A stretch of DNA of 40,530 bases from an uncultured Planctomycetales bacterium (GCA_964541845.1 CAZIRV010000002.1:1-40530), one strand, 5' to 3'; numbered from the stretch's first letter, positions 16,143 through 25,993 are shown. The notes: generated by a model not told the origin, from the letters alone. Program-made: numbers and translations.

Positions 16143-16877
16143 ATGAAATTAAATAATGAAATTAAAATTGGAGTAATGGTTGTTGGGGCACTTATTTTAT
16201 TAGCTATTATGACGTATAAGGTGAAAAATTTAAGTTTTTCAAAAAAAGGATATATTGTCAAAGTTCAATTTGACGATATTAATGGGGTTGACTTAAGTTC
16301 TCCGGTTATGTTTAATGGGTATAAAATGGGCGTGGTTAAGGATATTGTGATTAAAGATGATTCCGATAAGATTAAAATGGAACTAACTTTGTGGCTTGAT
16401 GCGCGTGCTCGTCTTCGAGAAGATTCTAAAGCTTATGTTAAAAATTTGGGATTAATGGGGGAAAAATATGTAGGTTTAACGTCAGGGCTTAAAAGTAGTC
16501 CTTATTTGTCGCCGGGATCAATTATTTTAGGAGAAGAGTCCCCGGATTTTGAAAAACTTGTTGAAGATGGCCAGGAGATTGCCGGGGAATTAAAGGGGAT
16601 TGTCAAAAATGTTAATGAACGCTTGGAAACGAGTAAGGAAATAGTAGATGAGATTTTAGTTAGTATTAATATGGCCTTGCGAAACATTGTTTCTATTGCT
16701 GATAATGTTGATCAACGTTTGAATGTGAATAAAGAATATATTGATAATATGGTGGTTAATTTGGAAGCGACATCAAAGAATTTGGAAGAAATGAGTCGGG
16801 ATTTAAAGTTGCATCCTTGGAAAATTATGTATAAGGGGAAAGAAAATAAAAAAGGGAAAGAAGATGTTGAAAAATAA
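16143..16877 (+). CDS. mlaD: MCE-domain outer-membrane lipid asymmetry protein
   Basis: It has an N-terminal TM, an MCE domain (VMFNGYKMGVVKDI) and a long helical C-terminal extension. A GGAGG SD lies 7 nt upstream. Confidence 0.85.
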   Translation: MKLNNEIKIGVMVVGALILLAIMTYKVKNLSFSKKGYIVKVQFDDINGVDLSSPVMFNGYKMGVVKDIVIKDDSDKIKMELTLWLDARARLREDSKAYVKNLGLMGEKYVGLTSGLKSSPYLSPGSIILGEESPDFEKLVEDGQEIAGELKGIVKNVNERLETSKEIVDEILVSINMALRNIVSIADNVDQRLNVNKEYIDNMVVNLEATSKNLEEMSRDLKLHPWKIMYKGKENKKGKEDVEK

Positions 16878-18453
16878 ATTAGTTCATAATATGGGAGTAG
16901 ACAGCGAGGAAAAGGAAAAAGTTTTAATATCTATTACCCGGGAACTACGGGCTTCTTTAACCGCTATTCTTGGATTCGGAGGTCTTTTAAAAAACACCCC
17001 TTTGGATGATCAGCAAAAAGGTTATCTGGAATCAATGCTAACGGATGGGCGCTCTCTTTTAGAGCTAGTGGATAATATGGCACAGTTTTCTCTTTTAGAA
17101 CAAAATCAGAGCGTCCAAGAGCTTATTGATTTTGATGTAGAATTTTTAGTCAATGATGTTTTTAGAATGGTGGACAAGAAGTCTTCGTATAGACCGGTAA
17201 GCAAATACGTCGATGTTGCCCAAGGATTTTCTCACTATTTTAAAGGAGATCCGGAAAAATTAAGAAGAGTTCTTTTTAACCTTTTAGATAACGCTATTAA
17301 GCTAAGTGTTAAGGGTGAGGTTTGTGTTGTTGTCACGGAAGTTAAGATAGAAGAAAATGCAGAAGAAAATACAGAAGAAACCATTTTGAGGTTTACAGTC
17401 AAAGATACAAGTGGAGGCATCTCTAAGCAGAAGCAAAAAGAAATAGAGTCTTTATTCAATCATGTTGGAGTGCCTTTTCAAACTAGTGAGGATATGGGGT
17501 TAGTTGTGAGTAAGTCTTTAGTGGAGGCGATGGGCGGTAAAATCTGGATGGAATCAGAAGAAGGGAAAGGAAATCGGTTTAGTTTTACGGCAAGGTTTCA
17601 AAAGGGGGGTTCTATTTTTCAAAATAAAAAGTTAGAGGGAATAAAGGCGGTCATTATTGATGATAATCAAGGATCAAGGACTGTCGCGCGAAGATATTGT
17701 GAAGAGCAGGGAATAGAAGTTTTAAGTGTGGTAGATTCTGTTGGAGAGGTTTTTGAAGTAGTAGATAAGTTGATTGTCGGAAAAAATTTTCCCGAAGTGA
17801 TTTTAAGTGATGTGGTTTTAGCCGGGGTCCCGGGATGGATGTATGGATATGAGTTAGTTAAAAAAATTCAGGAAGATGAAAGGTGGCAGGACATAAAAAT
17901 AATCGCGATGACTTCAGATATTCGGTATGGCGCAATGTCCGGAGTGGAAGAAGGGGGTTTTGATGGTTGTTTGGCGAAACCTTTTTCTCGACAGGAATTG
18001 TTAAAGGTTTTTGAAGTGGTGTTAGGTTTGAGAGAAAAGGAGGCGCAGGCCGGTTCTCATGAAGGGAGAGAAGAAGGCTGCGTCGGTATTAAGGTATTGG
18101 TTGTGGAAGATGATATTTCTAATCAGAGATTAATTAAAGCTTGTTTTAATGTTCTTGGATGCAGGGGAGATTATGCCTCTAATGGGAAAGAAGCTATTGA
18201 GAAGTTAGAATTAAATGTTTATGATATGTGTTTGATGGATGTGATGATGCCGGTGATGAATGGAATAGAGGCGACCAAGATGATAAGAGAAAAAATTTCT
18301 AAAGATTTTCCTATTGTTGCTTTAACAGCCGCGACAACAGAATTCAGTCGTGAGACCTGTTTAAACGCCGGGATGAACGATTATATGATAAAACCGTTAG
18401 ATATTTTAAAGCTTGAGGAGAAAATTTTGCAATATGGAAGATTACGATGGTAA
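16864..18453 (+). CDS. Sensor-less hybrid histidine-kinase paralog with degenerate H-box and ATP lid, plus two receiver domains
   Basis: It aligns with the next gene from the HisKA domain onward. The H-box reads [15 protein letters not shown] against [15 protein letters not shown], so Arg26 (codon 16939-16941) replaces His. G1 reads DTSGGI and G2 reads EDMGLV against GTGLGL. Both receivers keep their Asp. Confidence 0.8.
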   Translation: MLKNKLVHNMGVDSEEKEKVLISITRELRASLTAILGFGGLLKNTPLDDQQKGYLESMLTDGRSLLELVDNMAQFSLLEQNQSVQELIDFDVEFLVNDVFRMVDKKSSYRPVSKYVDVAQGFSHYFKGDPEKLRRVLFNLLDNAIKLSVKGEVCVVVTEVKIEENAEENTEETILRFTVKDTSGGISKQKQKEIESLFNHVGVPFQTSEDMGLVVSKSLVEAMGGKIWMESEEGKGNRFSFTARFQKGGSIFQNKKLEGIKAVIIDDNQGSRTVARRYCEEQGIEVLSVVDSVGEVFEVVDKLIVGKNFPEVILSDVVLAGVPGWMYGYELVKKIQEDERWQDIKIIAMTSDIRYGAMSGVEEGGFDGCLAKPFSRQELLKVFEVVLGLREKEAQAGSHEGREEGCVGIKVLVVEDDISNQRLIKACFNVLGCRGDYASNGKEAIEKLELNVYDMCLMDVMMPVMNGIEATKMIREKISKDFPIVALTAATTEFSRETCLNAGMNDYMIKPLDILKLEEKILQYGRLRW

Positions 18454-21400
18454 GAAGGAATAAAACAAAAAAATTTCAATCTATTTCTATCCAGATTCTA
18501 ACCGCTATTTTAGGAATTATGGTTATCGGTATTTTTGTTATGGGATATTTTTCTTATCTCAGGGCAGATCGACTCTTAACAAAGAATGCCGTTACTTCAA
18601 TGAAAAATCATCTTGTTTATTCACAAAATTTTTTTCAAAAGCAAATTGTGGCATTCCGTCAGGAGGTGACTTTTCTTTCAAAGGTTCCACCGATTCAGGG
18701 AATTATTCGTACGCGTAAATTTAACGGAATAGATTTTAATGAAATTACGACGGAAGATTTATGGAAAAAACGGTTGGAGAGTATTTTTTTAACGATGCTT
18801 AAATCGAGGCCGGAATATCAGCAGGTCCGTTTTATCAGTAAGGCTGATAATGGACGTGAGATTGTTCGGGTAGATAAAACCTCGGAAGGGAATATTGTAC
18901 AGAGAGAAAAGGCTCTTCAGAAAAAAGGAAATAGGAATTATTTTTTCGAGACGCAAAAACTCAAAAAAGGAGGGATTTATTTAAGCGAGATTACATTAAG
19001 TCGGGAGAACGGAAAGATAAGCGTTCCCTACCAGCCAATGTTAAGGATTGGGACTCCTGTATATGATCAGGCAACAGGAGAGCTTTTTGGCATGGTTGTT
19101 ATTAATGTGAATATTCAAGCTATTTTTCGTCAACTTTTTCAAAAAACAGACAGCTATCATTTTATTGTAACTAATCAGGATGGCTATTATTTGTATCATC
19201 CGGATTCTTCCCGTATTTTTGGATTTGAATTAAAGCATGATTACAGAATGACAAAGGATTATCCTCAAACAGTAAAATTTTTTAAAAAAGAAGCGGAAGA
19301 AGCTACGGCGAAACGAGAAGACAAAGATATTCGTCAGTTTGCTGTGAAGAAAGAAGAGGAGATTCTACTCGTAAAGGTTTTTCATTTTGATCAGGATCGC
19401 CCCAGACGGTTCATGATGATTTCTTTGGTAGCGGGGGAAGAAACTATTTTTGAGCAATCCAAAGGTTTTCGGAATGAAATATTTCTTGTTGGGGGAGTTC
19501 TTACAATTTTTCTTATTGGAGGAGCCTATTGGAACACAAAAAAAATTATTTATCCCATTGCGCAACTTACCAAATATGCTCAAACATTGGCTTCGGGAGA
19601 GTCTTTCGAGGGATATTTGTCCTCTGACCAAAATAATGAAATCGGAGAATTAACAGAATCACTTAATGTCATGACGAACAATTTACAGGAAGCCATTAGG
19701 GCCCTGGAATATGAGAAAATAAATTTAGAGAATACGGTTAAAGAAAGAACATTGTATTTAAGGAAAGAAATTGATGAGCGAAAAAAAATTCAGGAAGAAT
19801 TAGCGAAAAACGCGAAAAAAATGCAAAAAGCGCATTTAGCTACTCTTAATATTATGCGGGATCTTAAAGAGGAGCGTGAGTTGGCTATGGAACTAAGTAA
19901 AAAAGCACAGGCATCTGCGCAGGCTAAAAGTGACTTTTTAGCGAATATGAGTCATGAAATCCGAACCCCTATGAACGCGATTATGGGATTCAGTGATTTG
20001 TTGAGAAAAACTTCATTAGATGAAACCCAAAATAAATTTTTAAATACAATTACTTCCAGTGGAAAGCTTTTGCTTAGTGTCATTAATGATGTCCTGAGTT
20101 TTTCAAAACTGGAATCAGGTAAAATTATTTTGGAAATGATTGAATTTGATCTGGAATATTTGGTAGGAGATGTTTTTAAAATGATCACATCTCATCCACA
20201 GGGAGATCGTTCCAGTAGCACGTATATTGATATTGATAAAAATATTCCTCGAAGTGTTATGGGGGACCCTACGCGTCTTAGGCAAATATTGGTTAATCTT
20301 TTAAATAACGCTGAGAAGTTTACATCTCAAGGAGAAATCGGCATTGTTGTGCGTAAGGATGGCACGGAGATTTCGGAAGAGGATATCAGTCTGAAATTTA
20401 TTGTTAAGGACACAGGGATTGGAATTCCGGAAGATAAACAGGATTCTATTTTTGAATCTTTTAATCAGGCGGATACTTCGACCACACGAAAGTATGGAGG
20501 AACAGGGCTGGGGCTTTCTATTTGTCGTTCGTTAGTCAATGTTATGGGAGGGAAGATATGGGTGGAGTCAAAGGAAGGAAAGGGTTCTGAATTTATTTTT
20601 ACGATAAGGCTAAAGAAAGGGAAGGAGGTATCCAAAAATCAAATTCATCCCGTATCTAAAAGAGAGTTAGAAGGAAGATCAGTAATGATTCTAGATGATA
20701 ATGAGACATCCAGAATTATTCTTAAACGTTATTGTGAAGAAATGGGGACGAATGTTTTGTCCGCAATGTCTTCCCCGAAAGCCGCATTGCAAAAGCTGGA
20801 CGAATTTATAGAGAAGGGAACTCTCCCGGAGATGATATTTTCTGATATTATGATGCCGGAAATGGATGGGTATGGATTTGTTAAAAAAGTAAAGTCTCAT
20901 AAAAAATTTGACACAATTAAGTTCATCGCGACGACTTCTGATGTACGTATCGGAGTCGCGCATAAAGCTGAAGAGAAAGGGTTTGATGCTTTTTTACCAA
21001 AGCCAATTTCCAGAAAAGAGCTTGTTTCTGTCATGGCTATGGTGTTAGGAGACCAAAGAAAAGAAGGACAGCAGATTATTACCCGGCATATGGCCGGCGA
21101 AATGGGTTGCAAGGGAATTAAAGTATTGGTTGTAGAAGACAGCCTTCCAAATCAGGAATTAATTAAAGCCTATTTTGATATTTTGGGATGTGAAGGAAAT
21201 TATGCTAATAATGGACAGGAGGCGATTGAAAAATTAAAAATGGGGAAGTATGACCTATGCTTAATGGATGTAATGATGCCGGTTATGGGAGGGATTGAGG
21301 CTACAAAAATGATACGGAAAGAAATTTCTAAGGACATTCCTATTGTTGCATTAACAGCCGCTGTCTTGGATAAAGATAAAGAAAAGTGTTTTGAAGCGGG

Positions 21401-21482
21401 GATGACGGATTTTCTTTCCAAGCCGGTGGATATGAATAAGTTAAAGGAAAAAATTATTAAAGCTGTGCGGGGCTATGTTTAA
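18447..21482 (+). CDS. Hybrid sensor histidine kinase (TM, Cache-like periplasmic domain, TM, HAMP, HisKA, HATPase, REC, REC)
   Basis: It has a canonical H-box [12 protein letters not shown]-box [10 protein letters not shown]1 DTGIGI and G2 GGTGLGL, plus two receivers ([11 protein letters not shown] and [11 protein letters not shown]). Its start overlaps the stop of the previous gene. Confidence 0.9.
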   Translation: MVRRNKTKKFQSISIQILTAILGIMVIGIFVMGYFSYLRADRLLTKNAVTSMKNHLVYSQNFFQKQIVAFRQEVTFLSKVPPIQGIIRTRKFNGIDFNEITTEDLWKKRLESIFLTMLKSRPEYQQVRFISKADNGREIVRVDKTSEGNIVQREKALQKKGNRNYFFETQKLKKGGIYLSEITLSRENGKISVPYQPMLRIGTPVYDQATGELFGMVVINVNIQAIFRQLFQKTDSYHFIVTNQDGYYLYHPDSSRIFGFELKHDYRMTKDYPQTVKFFKKEAEEATAKREDKDIRQFAVKKEEEILLVKVFHFDQDRPRRFMMISLVAGEETIFEQSKGFRNEIFLVGGVLTIFLIGGAYWNTKKIIYPIAQLTKYAQTLASGESFEGYLSSDQNNEIGELTESLNVMTNNLQEAIRALEYEKINLENTVKERTLYLRKEIDERKKIQEELAKNAKKMQKAHLATLNIMRDLKEERELAMELSKKAQASAQAKSDFLANMSHEIRTPMNAIMGFSDLLRKTSLDETQNKFLNTITSSGKLLLSVINDVLSFSKLESGKIILEMIEFDLEYLVGDVFKMITSHPQGDRSSSTYIDIDKNIPRSVMGDPTRLRQILVNLLNNAEKFTSQGEIGIVVRKDGTEISEEDISLKFIVKDTGIGIPEDKQDSIFESFNQADTSTTRKYGGTGLGLSICRSLVNVMGGKIWVESKEGKGSEFIFTIRLKKGKEVSKNQIHPVSKRELEGRSVMILDDNETSRIILKRYCEEMGTNVLSAMSSPKAALQKLDEFIEKGTLPEMIFSDIMMPEMDGYGFVKKVKSHKKFDTIKFIATTSDVRIGVAHKAEEKGFDAFLPKPISRKELVSVMAMVLGDQRKEGQQIITRHMAGEMGCKGIKVLVVEDSLPNQELIKAYFDILGCEGNYANNGQEAIEKLKMGKYDLCLMDVMMPVMGGIEATKMIRKEISKDIPIVALTAAVLDKDKEKCFEAGMTDFLSKPVDMNKLKEKIIKAVRGYV

Positions 21483-21507
21483 AAAAAATTAAAGAATAGG
21501 GGTTAAT

Positions 21508-22173
21508 ATGGATAAAATTGATATGCAGTCAATGTGGCAGTCAATGTCACTTCTTTTACGATCACATCCCTGGCATGGGATTCCTATTGGAGAAGATGCT
21601 CCGAATATGGTTAATACCTATATTGAAACTGTCCCAACGGATACTGTGAAGTATGAAATTGATAAAAAAAGCGGGTTTTTAAAAGTAGATCGTCCTCAAA
21701 AGTATTCCAGCATATGCCCAACGCTTTATGGATTTATTCCACAGACTTATTGTGGAAAGCGAATTGGGGGCTATTGCGCGAAAGAAACAGGGCGCAGTGA
21801 GGTTGTGGGAGATGATGATCCATTGGATATTTGTGTTTTAACAGAAAAAACAATAAGTCATGGTGATATTATGGTACGGGCTATTCCTATTGGAGGATTT
21901 CGAATGATTGACCGGGGACAGGCCGATGATAAGATTATTGCTGTCATGCACGGAGATGGATTATACAGCTGTTGGAATAATATTGAAGACTGTCCAGAAG
22001 CCTTTATTGATCGTTTAAGGCATTATTTCCTTACATATAAAGATCTTCCTGATTCAATAGATCCGACTTGTGAAATTACGCATACTTTTGGTAAAGAAGA
22101 GGCTCTAAAAATTATTCAGTTCAGCAGGGAAGATTATAAGGATCATTTTGGGCAGTTATCCCAATTTTATTAA
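21508..22173 (+). CDS. ppa: Inorganic diphosphatase, family I
   Basis: It carries an acidic metal-binding signature DDDPLDICVL and has PPase-like length and composition. The stop codon lies inside an arm-like repeat fragment. Confidence 0.8.
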   Translation: MDKIDMQSMWQSMSLLLRSHPWHGIPIGEDAPNMVNTYIETVPTDTVKYEIDKKSGFLKVDRPQKYSSICPTLYGFIPQTYCGKRIGGYCAKETGRSEVVGDDDPLDICVLTEKTISHGDIMVRAIPIGGFRMIDRGQADDKIIAVMHGDGLYSCWNNIEDCPEAFIDRLRHYFLTYKDLPDSIDPTCEITHTFGKEEALKIIQFSREDYKDHFGQLSQFY

Positions 22174-22179
22174 ATAATT
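22161..22179 (+). repeat. Solo arm fragment of the family-1 element
   Basis: CCAATTTTATTAAATAATT resembles the left arm CCAAATTCATTAAATAATT. It contains the ppa stop codon. Confidence 0.5.
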
Positions 22180-22195
22180 TCTTAAAAATAAACTT

Positions 22196-22392
22196 ATAAC
22201 CAAATCTATTAAATAAGTACTCATTTAAAAGGCTTACTTACTCGTAAAATCGTCGAGATAAGGAATCGTTCAAAAATAACCTCGACAATCATAACATAAG
22301 TCTTGTCGGGTTGAGATATATAGTTGTCGAGGTTATTTTTGAGCCGATCCTAAGTAAAACTAATATCAGGAATTAATTAGTGGAATTGGTAT
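22196..22392 (+). repeat. Family-1 hairpin element (X subtype) interrupted by a nested element
   Basis: The left half matches 12013-12070 (ATTAAATAAGTACTCATTTAAAAGGCTTACTTACTCGTAAAATCGTCGAG). The right half is TAAGTAAAACTAATATCAGGAATTAATTAGTGGAATTGGTAT. Confidence 0.85.
22263..22350. mobile_element. 88-nt MITE-like hairpin inserted into the family-1 element, flanked by a TAAG duplication
   Basis: The 27-nt inverted arms are GGAATCGTTCAAAAATAACCTCGACAA and TTGTCGAGGTTATTTTTGAGCCGATCC. A direct TAAG lies at 22259-22262 and again at 22351-22354. The uninterrupted copy has a single TAAG at 12075-12078. Confidence 0.7.
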
Positions 22393-22436
22393 TATTAGAA
22401 GATTTATTAAAAAGGCACAATGCATGGGTTCTTCTC

Positions 22437-22465
22437 TTGTCTAATACATAATTTTTCGATATAAT
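22437..22465 (+). promoter_or_regulatory. Sigma70-type promoter upstream of the receiver/ABC operon
   Basis: The -35 is TTGTCT (22437-22442), followed by a 17-nt spacer and a consensus -10 TATAAT (22460-22465). It is flanked by the inverted repeat ATGCATGG and CCATGCAT. Confidence 0.5.
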
Positions 22466-22503
22466 CCATGCATTATTCATTTTTTAGAAAAGGATGATTA
22501 TAT

Positions 22504-22878
22504 ATGTCTAAAAAAATTCTTGTTGTTGATGATGATCCCACAACGAATCAGCTGATATGTTCTCTTTTAAAAGCTAAGGGGTATGTTGTTGTTTCAGCTA
22601 TTGATGGACTGGATGCTTTAGCGAACATTCAAAGAGAGTCTCCTGATTTAGTAGTGTTGGATGTGATGATGCCGGAAGTTGATGGGTACGATGTGTGCTA
22701 TCAATTACGGTTTAATGATAATTTTGATAAGGTTCCGATTGTTCTTTTAACTGACCGATGTCAAGAACTTGATGAAAGTATTGGGAAACGTGTTAATATT
22801 GAATATGTTTCAAAACCAGTAGACAGTAAGAACCTTTTTGAAAAAATTGAGTTGTTTTTGGGTAAGGAAACATCCTGA
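22504..22878 (+). CDS. Single-domain response regulator (CheY-like receiver)
   Basis: The DDD, LDVMMPEVDG, LLTD and SKP motifs are present. There is no output domain. Confidence 0.9.
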   Translation: MSKKILVVDDDPTTNQLICSLLKAKGYVVVSAIDGLDALANIQRESPDLVVLDVMMPEVDGYDVCYQLRFNDNFDKVPIVLLTDRCQELDESIGKRVNIEYVSKPVDSKNLFEKIELFLGKETS

Positions 22879-22900
22879 TAGTTGGGATATTAAATTCATT

Positions 22901-23629
22901 ATGATTATCACAGAGCATGTTACCAAATTCTTTGGGAAAGTTCAGGCGTTAGAGGATATTTCTTTTGAGATTCATAAAGGGGAAATAGTCGGTTTTCTTG
23001 GACGAAATGGTGCCGGTAAAACAACATTGATGCGGGTTCTCACGTCTTATCTTTCAGCTTCTTCCGGCAAGGTGATTATCTGCGGTGAATGTTTGTCCAC
23101 GAATTCTCTGGCTATCCGGCGGAAGATAGGATACCTTCCCGAGACCCCCCCGTTATATTTAAATATGTATGTACGGGACTATTTAAAATTTTCCGCGCAA
23201 CTTAAAGATGTTTCACCTAAACAGCAGGTTATTCAGGTCGACCGGGTTTTAGAGGAATGCTGCTTGAAAGATGTTCAGAAGAATTTGATTCGTAATCTTT
23301 CGAAAGGGTATAAACAACGCGTCGGGATTGCTCAAGCCATTATTAACAACCCGGAACTCCTGATTTTAGATGAGCCGACCAGCGGGCTTGATCCTGTGCA
23401 GATTCGTCAGGTGCGTAAATTGATTAAAAATGTGGAACACAAGAGAACAGTCCTTTTAAGCACGCATATTTTATCAGAGATTGAAAATTTAGCACATCGT
23501 GTTTTGATGATTAAATCCGGAAAAATTATTGCGGACGATTCTTTGGATAATCTTTTACGCTCTTCAGATGGGGAACAGCGCAGTTTGGAAGAAGTATTTT
23601 TTCAATTAAATGGAATGGATAATGAGTAA
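22901..23629 (+). CDS. ABC transporter ATP-binding protein (ABC-2/GldA-like)
   Basis: It has Walker A GRNGAGKTT, signature LSKGYKQR and Walker B LILDEPTSGLD. The start is set at ATG 22901 (MIITEHVTKFFGK), because the ORF-track extension overlaps the receiver gene. Confidence 0.88.
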   Translation: MIITEHVTKFFGKVQALEDISFEIHKGEIVGFLGRNGAGKTTLMRVLTSYLSASSGKVIICGECLSTNSLAIRRKIGYLPETPPLYLNMYVRDYLKFSAQLKDVSPKQQVIQVDRVLEECCLKDVQKNLIRNLSKGYKQRVGIAQAIINNPELLILDEPTSGLDPVQIRQVRKLIKNVEHKRTVLLSTHILSEIENLAHRVLMIKSGKIIADDSLDNLLRSSDGEQRSLEEVFFQLNGMDNE

Positions 23630-25694
23630 GATTTTTTCCATTGCTAAAAAAGAATTATCCTCATACTTCCGCTCACCCATTGCCACCATTATTTTTGTCC
23701 TCACAATTTCTATTTTTAATATTTTCTTTTTTATGATTATTGATGAAAATCAGGAAGCCTCGTTGCGTGATGTCTTTAAGGTGATGGAGTTTATGTTTGT
23801 ATTTTTTGTTCCGCTTTTGACAATGAAAATTTTTGCGGAAGAAAAATCGGCTGGAACCATGGAGTTTCTCATGACAACGCCGACGTCTAATGGCGTGATT
23901 GTTTTGGGGAAGTATTTGGGTTGTTTGATATTTTTTTCAACTATTATCGTCTTGACAACACCCTATTATTTTATCATTGAATTTTTTGGTTCTCCTGACA
24001 GGACCGCTGTTTTGGTGGGATATCTAGGGATTTGGTTGGAAGGCGCTTTATTTTTGGCGATGGGCATGTTGGCTTCTTCATGGACGCGTAATCAAGTTGT
24101 CGCGGCAATCATATCTTATGGTGTTTTATTTCTACTCTATTTTTCAACGAGTTTTATTCACTATGTGGATGGGGTTACGGAAGCGGTTGTTCGTTACGTC
24201 AGCCTATTAAGTCATTCTGAAAATTTCAGTGTTGGATTATTGACAAGTGCGGATGTGAGTTATTATATCGGAGGGATTATGTTTTGTTTATTTGTCACGC
24301 AATTAAGTATTTGTGTGGAAAAACGGCCGCATCATTTTATAAGAATTTTATTTGCTGTTATTCTTTTGATCGAAGTTGGGTATCTCACGCAAAAATATTC
24401 TGTTCGATGGGATTTGACAAAAACGAAACAGCACACGTTAAATGAACGTACATTGCATTTTATTAAAGATTTGAAGCAGGATGTTCAACTGACTGCTTTT
24501 TATAGTGGTTTGCCGCCTAAATATTTAGAAGATTTATTGAAAGAATACGAACGATCTTCCAAAGGGCGTATTGCAACAGAAATTATTGATCCGGTGCGTC
24601 AGATAGGATACGCGGCGCAATTTGGACGGGTTATTAATTCAGGAGAGAATAAGGTCATTGTTCAGTCCGGAAAGGAACGTCGAGATATTGATTTTACAAA
24701 AGAGTCTTTATCTGAAGAACAATTAACCAATGCCCTTGTTCGTGTCACACGAAAAAAGCGTACGGTATATTTTTTAACAGGCCATGGGGAGTATTCTCTT
24801 CAGGATAAAGGAAATACAGGATTAACGACGTTTAGAAAATTATTAGAGGAGAATAATATTGTTACGAAAACGTTGATGCTTGGTATTCGGGAAGGGATTC
24901 CAGAGGATTGTGACGCGTTGGTGATTGCCGGGGCACAGGAAGAATTAACGGAGAAGGAAACGGTTAGTATTAAAGAATATTTACGTAAAGGGGGCGACGC
25001 CCTTTTTTTAATAGAACATGTCCTTGTGACGACACCGGATAAGCCGTTGACAGAGAAAGAGAAAATGAAAAACCCATCTTTAAATAGTATTTTAGGGGAT
25101 TGGGGCGTACGAGTGGCGAGTGATGTGGTGGTAGATTTAGAGAGTCATGCCGGCGGGGATGTGGGCAGCCCTGCGACACGCAATTACATGGCTCATAAAG
25201 CCATTGTGAAGAATCTGGATTACACTTTTTATGTTCGACCCCGTTCTATTTCTGTTTCAAGAATCCGTCGTCCAACGATCAAAGTCGCGCCCATTGTTTT
25301 AACCGCGTCTTCTGAGCAGAGTTGGGGAGAGACGGATAGAACCCTGCGGATAAAGTTCAACGCGGGGGTTGATCGTGCCGGTCCGGTTCCCATTGCCGTT
25401 GTTATCTGGGAAGCGCGAGCCAAGAATAAACCGTCAGACACACGTTTAATAGTTTTTACTGACGCGGATTTTATTTCTAATGCTTATATCAGCCAGTACA
25501 GTAACGCGACCATGGGACTTAATGTGATGAAATGGATTTCAGAATTAGATTATGAAGTGTTTCTTAATAAAAAAGATATTAAAGTTGAACGGCTAAATCT
25601 CACCAGTCATCAAAAACGCACCATCGCCCTCCTTCTTATTCTCATGCCGAGTTTAATTATTTTGAGTGGAATTGGAATTAATTGGAAAAGATAG
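23622..25694 (+). CDS. Fused ABC-2 family permease (GldF-like) and GldG-like auxiliary domain
   Basis: The N-terminal roughly 240 aa have six TM helices typical of ABC-2 permeases. A large extracytoplasmic domain with GldG-like features follows (VYFLTGHGE, LVIAGAQEELT), and the protein ends in a C-terminal TM anchor. Confidence 0.75.
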   Translation: MSKIFSIAKKELSSYFRSPIATIIFVLTISIFNIFFFMIIDENQEASLRDVFKVMEFMFVFFVPLLTMKIFAEEKSAGTMEFLMTTPTSNGVIVLGKYLGCLIFFSTIIVLTTPYYFIIEFFGSPDRTAVLVGYLGIWLEGALFLAMGMLASSWTRNQVVAAIISYGVLFLLYFSTSFIHYVDGVTEAVVRYVSLLSHSENFSVGLLTSADVSYYIGGIMFCLFVTQLSICVEKRPHHFIRILFAVILLIEVGYLTQKYSVRWDLTKTKQHTLNERTLHFIKDLKQDVQLTAFYSGLPPKYLEDLLKEYERSSKGRIATEIIDPVRQIGYAAQFGRVINSGENKVIVQSGKERRDIDFTKESLSEEQLTNALVRVTRKKRTVYFLTGHGEYSLQDKGNTGLTTFRKLLEENNIVTKTLMLGIREGIPEDCDALVIAGAQEELTEKETVSIKEYLRKGGDALFLIEHVLVTTPDKPLTEKEKMKNPSLNSILGDWGVRVASDVVVDLESHAGGDVGSPATRNYMAHKAIVKNLDYTFYVRPRSISVSRIRRPTIKVAPIVLTASSEQSWGETDRTLRIKFNAGVDRAGPVPIAVVIWEARAKNKPSDTRLIVFTDADFISNAYISQYSNATMGLNVMKWISELDYEVFLNKKDIKVERLNLTSHQKRTIALLLILMPSLIILSGIGINWKR

Positions 25695-25814
25695 CCACCG
25701 AAAGCCTTATTGATCTAAAACGTAGAAAAACATTAGAAAAAAGAAAGAAGTGTCCTTGTATTTAATAATGAACTAAATTAAAATATCTTTTATATAAATT
25801 TATATTATATTAAT

Positions 25815-25993
25815 GGGCTGTAATGAAATAACTTCACTACTTCTGCCACTCATCTTCAGGGCAGATTTGACCGATTTTCAATCACGATTTCCTCAACGTA
25901 CGTCAAGTACGCCTCGAAAATCGTCCAATCAGACCGGTCAAATTTGCCCTAAATCTGAGGGCATAAATAGTAAAATTATTTCATTATAGACCC
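25815..25993. repeat. About 180-nt imperfect long hairpin upstream of the carbonic anhydrase gene
   Basis: The left arm GGGCTGTAATGAAATAACTTCACTAC...GGGCAGATTTGACC pairs with the right arm GGTCAAATTTGCCC...TAGTAAAATTATTTCATTATAGACCC. The arms are roughly three quarters complementary by hand alignment. Confidence 0.75.
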
